From: Gracilinanus agilis | Lineage: Eukaryota | Assembly: GCF_016433145.1 (NCBI RefSeq) | Contig: NC_058130.1 | Span: 755,179,455-755,243,454 of the forward strand | Length of the DNA stretch: 64,000 bases | Reading direction: 5' to 3' | In this document: one piece after another, positions 44,801-63,258 of the stretch | Layout: each line of letters starts with the position of its first letter | Numbering within the stretch: the stretch's first letter is position 1 | Notes under the pieces: model-generated | The model's input: the letters and a program-made list of their open reading frames with translations, nothing else | Database searches by the model: none | What the model was told of the DNA's origin: nothing | Made by a program: the position numbers and the translations under genes

Positions 44801-45948
44801 GTGAACATTCCATATACAGAGTGAACAAATGAGTAGTTTTGAACTGCTCCATTTAAAAAAGCTCTATATTAATCTGCAGGTGAAAATTCAGTCTCAGTTA
44901 CTGTGGAATTAGGTACTTTTTAAAGCCTGAATTTATAAGGAAGCTGGTAGGACATAATGTTCATATTTGGGTAGCCACAGAAGAAAAATGGGAAATAATT
45001 CATGAAAATGTATCACTCACATAATACAGCCTCATTTACAAAAGGACATAAAGATAGCACAAGTGAGAGTAGATTAATAAAATGCTAGAAGCTTCTCTAA
45101 TTGATTTAACTCATTGAAAAAGGTGACAAAAAAAGATTATTCATTATCTTATTCTATTGACAATGCTTCAGGGTATAAAAATACCTGTTAATACCAGGAC
45201 TATGAAAGAACCTAAGTGGTAAAGAGATGCTTTTAATTTTAATTTTTTTTAAACCATACCTTGGTAAAGTATCAATTCTAAGACAGAAAAGTGCCAAGGG
45301 CTAGGGAATCATGGTTAAGCATTTTGCCCAGAGTCTCAGATCTAGGAACTGTCTGAGCCAGATTTGAATCCAGGTCCTCCTGTCTCCAAGCCTGGTGCTC
45401 TATCCACTGTGTTATCTGGCTGACCCTAAACTGATGCCTTTATGTCGTATTTCCCTATATTTTTCATTTTTCTTCTCATCTGTTTTATCTGCCTATTTAT
45501 CTCAGTTGTAATCCCCCAATGCATTTCCCACAATCTTTCAAGCACACTAGCCTTTAACAGTTAACCACTTTCTTTTTGTTGAGCTATTAATTTACAGGAG
45601 AAGCTGATTATAATTACAACATAGCTTCAGTTAGGATAACAAGAAAAGTTTTGCTGTTATAATATTAAAAAGCAAGACAATAATCACCATATAGTAATAG
45701 TCATGCAATTTTATTTTGGCTTTCCAAAGGTTCCATACACAAAGCACTATTTTCTTTTACCCCTTCATGAAATATTGTCAAAAATGTCTTTGAGAAAGGT
45801 TAAAATTATGTGTTTTCCATAAGGATCATGAAATTAATTTATTCAGACAGGCTCAAAGAAATCAATTGTCCCACCCTCACACAACCTAACTTAAAAAAAA
45901 TTACATCTATGCATGTATGTAGGTATATATGTTTGTGCATAGATGTTG

Positions 45949-45998
<50 letters not shown>

Positions 45999-48900
45999 AT
46001 CTATATATATATATATACCTACCCTTTTCTGTATGTATTTCTGGAAAGGATAACTTTTGAATTAATTTTTTAAAGCTGTTAGAAGAAGAAACATTAAACT
46101 TTTCAACATAGTATAAATTACCAGTAGTGATGCGTGTGCAAACATTTTTGTCACTACAAACTTTGTAAATTAGTTATTCATGCAAATTAAAATGATCACT
46201 GAAAGCAGCTGGATTTCATTATGCAACAAAAATCAAAATGGCTGCAAAGCAAAATGAACTGTTACCAGAACATGGGAGTGACAGGGGTTGACAAAATTTC
46301 CATGCCATTATTTTTTTGTTAAGTAAGCTTCTTTTTGAAAAAGAGAAGTAACATTCTTTTGGTTGTTGTAATAACTCAACTGCCTTAATTGGTTCATAAG
46401 TAGCTAACAATCACCTGCACACTTCTGCCCTCTCTAACATGAAGACAGAGGTATCTGGTGACTACACCATCTTCATCTTAGAGGATAGTAGGCCCCTTCA
46501 GGTCGGGGTTGAAATAGAGAGTTAATGTAGATCATTGGCATTTTTAAAATGGCAAAAAAAAAAAAAAAAAAAAAAAAAAGATAGATGTAGTAAAAAGACA
46601 TCTAGACTCTTAAAAAAAATATCACAAAAGGTTATGCTCCAGTAATAGTCCAAAAATATATTTAGGTAAGAATGGACTATTTACCTTAAACAATTTGAAA
46701 ATAATGCTGTCTTCATGATAATTTCCTTATTAATGATCTCAATGGGCTAGTGTCTGCTATAAAATGCAATGGATTACCCTCAAGGTTATGCATACTTGGA
46801 CCAGAATAAAGGATTAAAAATATGGAAACATGTGCCATCATTACACAAAAGGATGAACCCAAAGTAGTGGGGAAGTACACTAGAATCTTGTTATAACAGT
46901 ATCCTCTAAATCAATGCTATTGGGATACTACATAGCAGGTGAAACAATGTTATACTGTGTACTTCTTCTATTTTGAGTACAAAGTGCCCATAAAATGAGT
47001 TTCACCTTAGTTCTCAATTCAGACTTCAGCAAGTCACATTATAGCAAGAGTCTAGTGTATTGTAAAATAGAAGTTAAAATTTAAAGTTTAAAACAGAAGT
47101 TAAAGCTAATGACAGTCTACAACCCAGTTAGTTAAGGTGTCAGAATTTAGTCAAGTTACCTCTCCCTGACAGATAGAGGGTGAGAAACCCAAGAACAACA
47201 TATCAACAATAAAAGTTCAGAAATGGGTACCTCATTAAGATGTTCTAATAGCTTTGAGTCAGTCACCCACCACCAATGTTAGTAGGAGCTACAAGAAGAA
47301 ACTTACTCTGTGCCCAGCCTTATTGGAATGAAGAAGTTGATTGCAGACAGGGGGATGGAAAAAAGGGTGAAACGTGACCAATGTTAAACAAAAGAAAGCA
47401 AAAGAAAATAAAATTTAAAAACCTTTAGCGAAATAAATATGCAAACTGTTAATGAATTCTGAGTGTTATGAAGAAAAATGTTAAAAAAAAAATCAGCTTT
47501 GCTCACCCAGTGCTCAAAATGATACCAAAAGAAACCATTTTAATCTTATTAATCTCGTTTGGGGATTATTTTTCCTTTTTAAGACTATGCTACAAATTCT
47601 TACCAATATTCTGGCCTCTTTTTCCTCAATGATCCCCTAGATTTGTGTTCCAGATTTATTTCCTTTGGCTTTCAGTTCAATATAGAATCTGAGGTAGCAA
47701 ATTTGGAGACATTCCAATCAATAGTCACATAACTGGAGCTTGTGTTTCTAGATTCATATTGAGCTAAGTAATCAATGATGCCTCTAAAATGTACTAATTA
47801 TGTAACTAATAGTATATCCAATAGGTGCCAAATCATACTGGGGTCAGAACTCTCCTAGTTATTATGCTTATCATGGTAAAAGATAATATATATTGGAATA
47901 GTCACTGGCCCTAAAACCAGGAGGATCTGAGTTTAGGTTCAGTACTTTGCCACATACTGGTTATCACATAAACTAAATGCTCTAGGTCAGCAATTCTCAA
48001 AGTTTTTTGTGTCAGGATCTCTTTAAATTCATAAAAATTATTAAGGACCCCAAAGAGCTTTTGTTCACATGAGTAGTATCTAATGATATTTATATTAGAA
48101 ATTAAAAGATAAAAATTTAAAATGTTGATTCACTAAATACTAATACTAAAAGCCATTACATATGAACATAAATAGCATTTTTTTATGAAAAAAGAAAAAA
48201 TCTAGCTAGAAGAGTGGCATTGTTTTAAAAATTTTTGTAAATCACTTTATTGTCTGACTTAATAGATGACAGAAATTATATCTGCTCTGCATTGTTACAG
48301 TATGTTGTTTTCATTTTAGTATAAAGAAAATCTTGCCCCACAGATATGTAGTTAAACAGGGAGGATTCTTTTAATAAGAAAATAAGGTCTTGGTATTATC
48401 ATGAAAAATAGTTTTGACCCTGGGGACTCTGAGGGGTCCTCAAATCCCTCTTTGAGAACTGCTGCTCCAGGAAAGATTCTTTTATTATATGTTGTAAAGC
48501 AGCAGCTGACCTAGACTGGTAAAAGGAGTTTTCTTATCTAAGAATTCCCTAAACCATAGACCCATAAACCACAAATTCCATGAACCATAGGAAATTATAG
48601 GTCCAATCTTTATTCCTTTAAGACCAGAACAGCTAAATACCTTTTGAATCTCTTTTTTAAACACTTACCTTCTCTTAGAATTGATACTTAGTATTGGTTC
48701 TAAGGCAAAAGGGAGGTAAGGGTTAGGCAATTGGCACTAAGTGATTTGACCAGGGTTACAGAGCCAGGGAAGTGCCTAAGGTCAGATTTGCCATTGCATC
48801 TAATAGAACTCCAAAACATCATTAAGCATTTAGTTTGTTCAAATTACTCTATGGGTTTTTAGAGATAAAAAAGACATAAATAAGATAATTTCCTCCTTTC

Positions 48901-51223
48901 TTGATAGAGGAGGTGGATGAGGAAGATCATACAACAAAAGAAGTAAATTTGTCAGATAAGTTGAAACTTCCCCCCATAAATTGCCCCACAGAAATGCTAA
49001 TATTCTATACCAAGTATGTATGAAGTTATTGAATTTTCCCATCTTCCACAGGAAACGAAGAGCTTTAAAACATAAAAGTGTTGGTTGAATAAGTTAACAG
49101 GAGTTCCAAAGTTACATATATACACGAGATTTAGATTTCCCGTAAGTGGCAGATTCTTGTGCAATGTTATTTTTATTTTTGCATCAGAGAGAAAATGAAG
49201 GCCCAAAAAGGACCTATGATTTTAAGGCTAAAAGGCTAGGGGAAGCAATTTAGAAGAAATTCAATTTGGAGATAACCAAAACCAGAAAAAAGATCCACTT
49301 ATTATATCTGAGCTTAAAACTTTGTCATCCAATTCCACACTCAAACTACCCAAAACAAAATAAGACAGAAAAAAGAAAGCATGGCAGATTGTGTACAACT
49401 CAGCAAATTTAAAATGCAAGTTATATACCTGTGTGTGGGATACAATTTAACTTCATACTGATACAAATAAAAAAAGATATTCAGGTTGCTCTAAAAGACC
49501 CTAAAAAACTTCCAAGGACTTATAACTTCCGATCAAACGAATACATGAAACTCTTTGAAAATCTTAAAGTGGTATATAGTTGTCAAATATTATCAATATC
49601 AATTTAAGACAAGTCTTAACTTTTTTGGCCCATGGATCCACCTTTGGGTAAACTAGTAAAGACTATGAACCCCTTCTCAGAATAACGTTTTTAAACATTT
49701 GAAGGAAATGCTAAATTGGAGTTAGAAGCGAATGCAAATGAAATTCAGAGTTTAAATTTACCTGCTTAAAACTTTTGCAATTCTAATAGAAGCAGCATAT
49801 ATTGATGTAAAAGTGGTTTACCCCCTAATAATCACAGGATTTAAAAATAGAATTAACCTTGCAAGTCATCTACTCTAGGATCTTTCTTAAAAAACCCTTC
49901 TGTCTACTTATCTATTCGTAGGCAGAAGAATAATCCTGGTTAAATGACTTGCTCAGGGTCACAGCTTTAGGAAGTGTCGGAGGCTACATTTGAATCCAAC
50001 CTCCAGACCGGTGCTCCCCTTCTAGTTGCCCCACCCCGTTTGTTTTTTTAAATTGCAAACAGCATTTCGATATAATTTGTTTCCTTTGTTATCCTATATG
50101 TTTTAACTTTTTCATTAAATAAAAAAAAATATTATTCTTAGAAAGGGTCCACAAGTTTCGCCAGACAAAGGAATTTACAAGGAATTTTAAGGACCCTTGA
50201 TCTGTCCCAAATCCCTTTCTCAGGAGAGCAAACTGATAGCTAGGGAAGGGAACTAGCCTAACGTTACTCAGTAGCAGTTACCATAAGATCCCAGGTCTTC
50301 TACAAATCCAGAATTCCTTCTACTCTATCATTGTACCTTTCTTCAAAAAATTGTAGGCCCAGATGGAAAACTGGAATAGGGTAAGAAGATTTCTACTTAA
50401 TATTCGGCCATCCAAGAAATCTTGGAGGCTTCAAGGGGACAAAAGTGGGGGGCATTTATGCCTGGAACAAAACTTGACTTTTGGGGCGAGGGAGAAGCAG
50501 GGTTTGGAGTCCTTCCCCCAAAAGGCCTTTCATTCCCCAGAGAATTTTAGACCCGGAAGGGGCCAGCTGAGTTTGGAATCAAAGAGGACTGGGGTTCGAA
50601 TCTCAGCTCTTCCACTTCTCATTTTTTCTCCTCTGGGAAACGAGAGGATTGGGCTGAATGACCGCTAACGTCCCCTGTTCTTCTCAGTCAAGAGGGGAGG
50701 AAAACTGAAGCCTCAAAGAAGGGAAAAGGGCTCAGCGGCCATCACGGAGGGAAGAGTCCAGACCTCTGAGACTTGGAGGCCGTCACTGCAGGAAGAAACA
50801 CTAGAGGCCGCCGAGCAAGCCCCCTTCCCCAGCCAGTTCCCTTTACAAATAAGGCCCCGGGAGGGAGAAGTGCCTCTGGGTAGGTGAGTAGTCATGTGAT
50901 CCAGCGGACCCAGGCGTCCGGCCTCCCGGACCAGAGAGTGACCCTTTATCCTGGGACAGGGGCGCTGGTCCAGTGACTCGAGAGGCAGCTGACCAGAGGA
51001 CGGGGGAGCCGTGCAGGGGGCCTGCCCCAGGCTCGATGGGAGACAATCTTGCACTCACTGGAGCCACGCCGCACGGGCCCCCGGGCCTGACACGGCCGGA
51101 ACCTGGCCCTCCGTCCTCTTCCATTCCTCCCAGCCGCTGCCTTCGCTCCCTCCCTCAGCCTCCTCCCTCTTCCTGTCTACCCCCCTCGCTCGGGCCTTTT
51201 CCATGAGCCGCCGCTCTCACCAT
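38747..51223 (-). CDS. VPS29: Retromer/Retriever subunit VPS29, complete CDS; exons 51221-51223 (ATG only), optional 47307-47318, 44335-44526, 40028-40263, 38747-38864; 182 or 186 aa
   Basis: The translation M(AGHR)[14 protein letters not shown]...[13 protein letters not shown]...IHGHQ...ISGHTH...NPGSATGAY...VERIEYKKS* is essentially identical to mammalian VPS29. All introns are GT-AG and in phase. Confidence 0.98.
39000..39900 (+). mobile_element. L1 3' fragment in the last VPS29 intron
   Basis: ORF2 C-terminal remnants (TTTGACCCAG...ATTGGGGAAT...) shared with the other L1 copies. Confidence 0.75.
40028..40263 (-). CDS. VPS29: VPS29 exon (NLNYPEQK...AYNALET), 236 nt
   Basis: Acceptor TTTTAG, donor GTGAGT; overlaps ORF 40024-40236. 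Confidence 0.97.
40416..40756. mobile_element. hAT MITE (OposCharlie/nhAT1-like termini) inserted in a SINE
   Basis: Termini CAGTGATGGGCAACCT / AGGTTTGCCATCACCA; perfect TSD GGCTAGGC; it splits the SINE at 40360-40860. Confidence 0.9.
41965..42150 (+). mobile_element. CORE-SINE inserted in the CR1/L3 relic
   Basis: Homology to the other copies; a second one lies at about 43480-43660. Confidence 0.78.
42807..43077. mobile_element. hAT MITE
   Basis: TIRs CAGTGATGGAGAACCT / AGGTTCTCCATCACAG; perfect TSD CTATATAG. Confidence 0.92.
44335..44526 (-). CDS. VPS29: VPS29 exon ([12 protein letters not shown]...RGDFDE), 192 nt
   Basis: Part of ORF 44077-44559; acceptor AATAAG, donor GTGATG. Confidence 0.97.
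45240..45425 (-). mobile_element. CORE-SINE
   Basis: Homology to the other copies. Confidence 0.72.
45949..46017. repeat. (ATCT)12 followed by (AT)n
   Basis: Directly visible. Confidence 0.95.
47307..47318 (-). CDS. VPS29: VPS29 12-nt alternative microexon (AGHR)
   Basis: AATAAG|GCTGGGCACAGA|GTAAGT encodes AGHR, the insert of the known longer VPS29 isoform (MAGHRLVLVL...). Confidence 0.93.
47988..48464. mobile_element. Older Charlie-type non-autonomous hAT element
   Basis: Termini CAGCAATTCTCAAA / TTTGAGAACTGCTG; degenerate TSD CTCTAGGT / CTCCAGGA. Confidence 0.75.
51221..51223 (-). CDS. VPS29: VPS29 exon 1 coding part (initiator ATG only)
   Basis: Reads GGTGACAGG ATG|GTGAGA at the edge of the CpG island; phase 0 fits both the microexon and exon 3. 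Confidence 0.9.
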
Positions 51224-51572
51224 CCTGTCACCGGCCCCGCTCCGCCACAGCAACAGCCACCGCCACCGCCTCCTTCCTCAGCTTCCCGAGGAACCCGCCC
51301 ACAGCAAGTTCGACCAATAAAAACGGGTTCCAGCATCAAGGCGGCGACGGAGGCCCGTAGAGGTCTATCCTCACCAGTAAGCGAACCGGTGACGCGCATG
51401 GAAAAAGGAAGCCGGAAGTTCAGGGGCGGAAAGAGCGGGAAGCAGCAGGGTGCTTCTGAGCACGCGCGAGACTGACATCGTCGTGGTCGTCGTCGGCTTT
51501 TGAGGGGAGGAGGGCTTCTTGGAACTGGACTCTGGTCTTTGCAATAGGGAGCCCCGACCCAACTTGGAGAAG

Positions 51573-57852
<6,280 letters not shown>

Positions 57853-57949
57853 TAATGGAACTTACAGGTTAGACAGGTGATATGGCATTTAGTTAAGTAA
57901 CTGATACTTAAAAACTTTGCTTAGACTTTTGGGACCCCCAGAATTGTTA

Positions 57950-58470
57950 GTAGTACTTTTTATGGTAGCAAAGAATAGGAAACATAGTATATGCCCATCA
58001 TCTGGAGACTGAAGCATAGACTATCAGAATAATATTGTGCCATAGGAAATAATGACTATGATGACTATGGCAAAGCATGGGAAGACTTAGATAAATGAAT
58101 GGAAATTGAACCAAGAAGATAATGTACTCAATGATTACAACAATATAAATATAGAGAATAAGGAAAATACATTTGAAAATGAATTCTTTGAAATTATGAC
58201 ACCAAAGTTTGGCGCTAAGAAGAGATTCGAAGATAATAGAAGACACCTTCCCTTTCCCCTCCTCCACTTTGCAGAGGCAGAAGACCATGAGTATGGAACA
58301 TTACATGTAATAGCAGACCTTATCAATATGTGTGGTTAGTTTTACTGAACATTATTTTCTCTCTTTTTTTCCCCCTTACTAAAGCTCTCTGAAAGGTAAT
58401 GGGAAGCAATTCAGTTGGAAATATAGGTAATCTGAAACCAAAAAAATGACTAAAATTTTATTTTATAAAA
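57950..58470 (+). mobile_element. Old L1 3' fragment
   Basis: Degraded homology to the L1 3' ends elsewhere in the window. Confidence 0.55.
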
Positions 58471-59528
58471 AGATCTCATCCATTGACTAATAATATTGAA
58501 CTGGTATTTTAAGAGAGTTTTCTTTTACTGTTATGTTTATTATTTTTAGATATAACTTGACTGTCAATTTATTAGGATTAAATGTGTAAATTTAACACTC
58601 AAAATGTTGATCATTTCCTCTTTGCAGCTTCCCTCTATTATTTTTAATTAATATCTTGCTTATAATTAGGATTTGCTTTCAGGTGAATAGTGGTGTCTTA
58701 GTTATGGTAGCATGGTACAAAGAGAGAGAATTTCCATTGGTGAAATTAACTGAAAGGAAAGAAAAAGGATAATTTTTTCTACTCATTAGTCCTTCATATG
58801 ATTGTAAGGAGGTCGAGTCTTGACAGTTCACTTGTCTGGGACATGTCTATTTATATTATGTTCTGGAGAAAAGCAGTCACTAAATGTTCTGAGAGAACAT
58901 TTGTTGATTTGTAAATGATAGGATAGTTACTTAGTTTTTTAAGCACATGACTAGTTTATGAAAAGGAGAGTAGAAAAATGTTTTGCTCTCTATCACCAAC
59001 TCTTGCTGAAAAGAAAATAAAGCTATTTCTCTTAATGATACTTATTACTGAGCAGTGTAGAAGATGAATATTGCCAGAGATAGTTGAGTTGAAGATGTTT
59101 TTGCTTTTCTCAAAGACCATAACACTTCTTCAACTGAAATAATTGTTAAGTCTGAAGACATTAATAATCTTGATGCCTAAAGTGATGGATATTATAGCTA
59201 TATATAGGGAACAAGACCAGCTGAGCATAGGAATAATTTAGAAGTGGAGTATCAGAAGATAGCAGAGTAGAAGCTGGGAAAGCTCAAATCACTATGAGAA
59301 TCCTCTCCAACCAACCTTAAAATAACACCTCAAAATGAATACTGGATCCTGGAGTGAAAGAACCAAAAAAAAAATGACTGAAGCAACTTTCATGCAGAGA
59401 ACAACTTGAAAGTTAGGCAGAGAGGGTCTGGTTCACTGGTGTGAGAGGGGAGCATATTCCACAGAAGGCACCCCAAGCCAATGGCATGCCTCAACCCACC
59501 CCCACATCTACTGTTCCAGGTTCTGAAC

Positions 59529-60198
59529 TGTGATAATTAGATTAAGTCTACAGTGCCCATCTTTAGATTTAATCACCAAAGGTGAGAGCACCTCCAATTT
59601 TGGGAGGTCTGTAACCTATGTGTGCTAGAATGGGTGACAAATCAGAATCAACTGACTTCCCCCTAGGTAGTCCTATGAGAATTGTTTATTATGATTGGAC
59701 GTGCAAACTAGGAGGTGGATGCAGGAAGTGACGAAAGATGCTATCTTTTAAATATGATGGTAACTTCCTGTGGAGGGAGTTGGCATTTTGAACTTGGTGT
59801 AGAAGGATCTCTGGTGAAACCTCAGACTGCTTCCCTCTGAATTGTCATGTGGGTAAGTTAGGCTGACTCTCTCTCTCTTCCCTTGGCGTTTCTGGAGGCT
59901 CTACCCTCAGGAAGGCCTCTCTTCTTAGAGGAGTCCTTGTGGCTAGAAACCTTGTTTAATTAACCTCTGTGCCCCTCTGCTGGGGCCTCTAAATTCTTAC
60001 CTGGTCTGGGCCTCTGGTCCGGGCCAGAGTTTCTCTCTCTCAATTTCCCTACCTTCAACCTTCTTAATTGTAACTAAATCACCATAAAAGTCACTTTTGA
60101 CTTGAGATTATTCTTAATTGAGGATTGATAATAGTTTAATCCTCTGGCGACCATCTTTTAATATATTGAACCCATAAAACCCGTTTTCCCCCCTTACA
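59529..60198 (+). mobile_element. Solo LTR (class I ERV-like) inserted in an L1 5' UTR
   Basis: TG...CA ends; 4-bp TSD GAAC; ATTGG, CAGGAAGT and TTTAAATA promoter motifs; a homologous copy starts at 63259. Confidence 0.85.
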
Positions 60199-62208
60199 GA
60201 ACCTGGACCCCAGCCTATGTCAGACCCTGCCTAAGTCAATAGCAGCGCAACCCTTTGCATACCCCTTAAAGTGAAAGCCCATAATAAGGTCCTGAATCCC
60301 AGTGTAAGGTAGTCCTCATTGCATGCCTGATCTGCAAGCCCAGAGTGAGGATGGGATTCCCCAGCCCAAGATTGTAGTGAGGACTTCTACCCCAGCACAA
60401 GGCAATTCATGGTACACCTGGTCTATGTAAGCCCAGAGTAAGTCCCCAAGCCCTAGGGCAAGACAGTCTGCAACACACCTGGCCTGTATAAGCTCAGGGT
60501 AAGGCTTGGAGGCCCAGTCCAAGTTTTTAGTGAGGACCTGAACCTCAGCTCAAGGTGATCCACAGCATGCCTGTATAAGCCAAGACAGAGGCCCAGGGCT
60601 AGCACCTACCCACGTTCAAGGCAATCCACAGTGTACTTGACCTGATCAAAACCAGAGTAAGACCAAAAACCTCTGTCCAAGTCTGAGGCTAGACTCTGAG
60701 CCCCAGCACAGGGTAACTCACTGTGCTCTGAGCTCTGCAAGCCATCAGCAGCCTTAGAAGGGGATCGAATCAGCAGTGGGAGGTAGCTTTCAGAGCTCTT
60801 ACCCCTGGCCATCATACCATCCTAGAAGAACTGAAACTTACAGAAACCGAGAAATAAAGCTAAGGGTAGCAGCAAGGAAAAACTGAAGATTAAGAGAGTG
60901 TCCTCTCTATACTGAGAAGAGTCCACCTTTAAGATAAAAGTGAAAGTCAAGAGAAAGGCTGGGCAAACAAACAAACATAAAAAAACACCTAACCATTGAA
61001 AATCTTGATGGAGACAAAGAAGAGCAAGACATAGACACAGAAGGGGACTGTGAAAGCAAAGCAAACACATGAAAAACTTCAAAGAAAAATAGGAATTGGT
61101 CTCAGACTCTGGAAGAACTCAAAAAGGATTTAAAAAATCAATTAAAAGAGGCAGAGATAAAATGGGGAAGAGAAATGAAAGCAGTGCAAAAAGAAAAATA
61201 ACTGCAGAATTGGCCAAATAAAAAAGGAGGTTCAAAAGCTTATGGAAGAAAATCATTCCTTAAAAATTAGAATTGGTCAACTAGAAGCTAATGACTTCAT
61301 GAGACACTGAGAAACAATAAAATCAAATCAAAAGAATGAAAAAAAAAACCAGAAGAAAATGTGAAATATCTCACTGAAAAAAACAAATGATCTGGAAAAT
61401 AGATCCAGGAGAGACAATTTAAGAATTATTGGATTTCCCAAAAGCTATTATTAAAAAAAAAAGTCTGGACATCACAATACAAGAAATTATCAAAGAACAC
61501 TGCCCTGATATTCTTGAACAAGAGAGTAAAATAGAAATGGAAAGAATCTGCAGATAACCTCTGGAAATAAATCCCAATATAGGAACTCTGAGGAATATTA
61601 TAGCTAAGTTCAAGAGCCCTCAGGCCAAGATGAAAATATTGCAAACAGCCAGAAAGAAACAATTCAAATTCCACAGAATTATAATCAGAAATACACAAGA
61701 CTTAGCAGCTTCCACATTAAAGGATAAGAAGATTTGGAATATAATATTCCCAAAGGCAAAAGATCTAGGTTTACAACCCAGAATCATTTGTCCAGTAAAA
61801 CTGAGTATATTCTTTCAGGGGGAGGGAAATGGTTGTTTAATAAAACAGCAGATTTCCAAGTTTTCCTGATAAAAAGACCAGACCTAAATAGAAAATTTGA
61901 TGGCCAAATACAAGACCCAAGAAAAGCCTAAAAAGGTAAATAAGAAAAAGAAAATTTAAGGGATTCAATAAAATCAAACTGTATGTATTCCTATGGGGAA
62001 AGATGATATTTTAATTCTTAAAAAATTTTTAAATAATATTAGAGGAGTTAGAAGAAGAACACAGACAGGTGTGGGAGTAAGCTGATTAGGATGATATGCA
62101 AAAAAATCAAAGGGGGAAAAGGAGGATTGCATTGAGAGAAAAGTTAAAGGAGAGGTAGAATGAGGTAAATTGTCTCACCTAAAGTCGCATGAAAAACTAC
62201 TATAGTGT

Positions 62209-62385
62209 GGGGCAGCTGGGTAGCTCAGTGTATTGAGTCAGGCCTAGAGATGGGAGGTCCTAGGTTCAAATCTGGCCTCAGACACTTCCCAGCTGTGTGA
62301 CCCTGGGCAAGTCACTCGACCCCCATTGCCCACCCTTACCACTCTTCCACCTATGAGCCAATACACAGAAATTAAGGGTTTAAAA
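62209..62385 (+). mobile_element. Young CORE-SINE inserted in L1
   Basis: TSD AAAAACTACTA(T/C)AGTG on both sides. Confidence 0.87.
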
Positions 62386-62530
62386 ACAAACTAAAAAACT
62401 ACTACAGTGGAGAGGAGGATGAGAGTTGTGAAGGGCAATGCTTAAGCCTTATTCTCATAGTAATTGGCTCAGAGAGGGAATAACAACTGTCCTCATTTGG
62501 GTATTGAAGTATTGAGATTATCTGTGTTGT

Positions 62531-63258
62531 TGTGAAGGGGAGGCTGTGGTAAGATACTTTGTTGTTTTTCACAAATTACCTTTCAGTTCTCCCCTCAGAA
62601 GGAAAGTCAGGAGTGACTTCCCTTCACCAGGCCAGTATGCACTTTACTTGGAGACTATAGATTTCATAAAAACCTATTTATTTATAATTAAAAGATATAA
62701 GTATAAGGATTAATAACAAGAAAAGCCTTAACACTAACAGGGAACTAACTTTTCACCTACCATCTACGTTCACCTCATGGTGAACTCGTCTTTGTCTTCC
62801 AGCTACTCTGATCCTACCTAGCACTTACTAAAAAACCCCAATAGCTATCTGACTATAATCTAACTAAAATCCTTATTAAATTAACTTAATTTGATAAAGC
62901 TACCTCCAAGTACATATAGATTCAGTCAGCCAAGATGGCAGCTGCTAACTGACAATAGAGTAACCCTGGTTTGGCCTGGAGTCCAGGCAAACAGCCTTTA
63001 GCCTTTCTTTCTCCAAAACTGTTCTCCAGCAAAGCAGATCTACCAGCTTCTTCTTAGAGATGACTTCTTGATCAGGAAGTAGAAAACCTCTTCAGATGGT
63101 TTTCAGAGTTCTGTCTTCCCTCTCACCAGCACAGATCAAGGTCTCAGATGTCTGTCTCCACTAGCAGCTAGAGAGAAAGTCCATCAGTCAGTGAGAGGAC
63201 CTCACCAACTGTCAGAACCTTGTCCTATGTTCCTTTTTCTAAGTTATGGTCTCACACT
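62531..63258 (-). mobile_element. LTR-like element, interrupted by the LTR at 63259
   Basis: L1 homology stops here. Minus-strand AATAAA near 62675 and LTR-like composition; the left boundary is approximate. Confidence 0.55.

Larger units (their letters stand above)
59240..62520 (+). mobile_element. Degraded L1: 5' UTR, frameshifted ORF1 (about 60960-61930) and inter-ORF region, interrupted by an LTR and a SINE
   Basis: Fragments LENRSRRDNLRIIG and KILQTARKKQFKF...TQDLAASTLKD...GLQPRI match L1 ORF1p. Confidence 0.9.

Noticed and set aside
49762-49857. A 96-nt AG/GT-bounded segment in VPS29 intron 1 as a candidate frame-preserving extra N-terminal exon
   Set aside because: It has a TAG at codon 11 in the required phase and no polypyrimidine tract.
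58106-58339. Acidic Asn/Glu-rich ORF
   Set aside because: It falls within a degraded L1 3' fragment.
59547-59585. KSTVPIFR, resembling the expected start of RAD9B exon 4 (K|SILPIFR)
   Set aside because: It lies inside the TSD-bounded LTR, lacks a polypyrimidine tract, and the similarity ends after four residues with a stop soon after. The true exon 4 is taken to be beyond the window.
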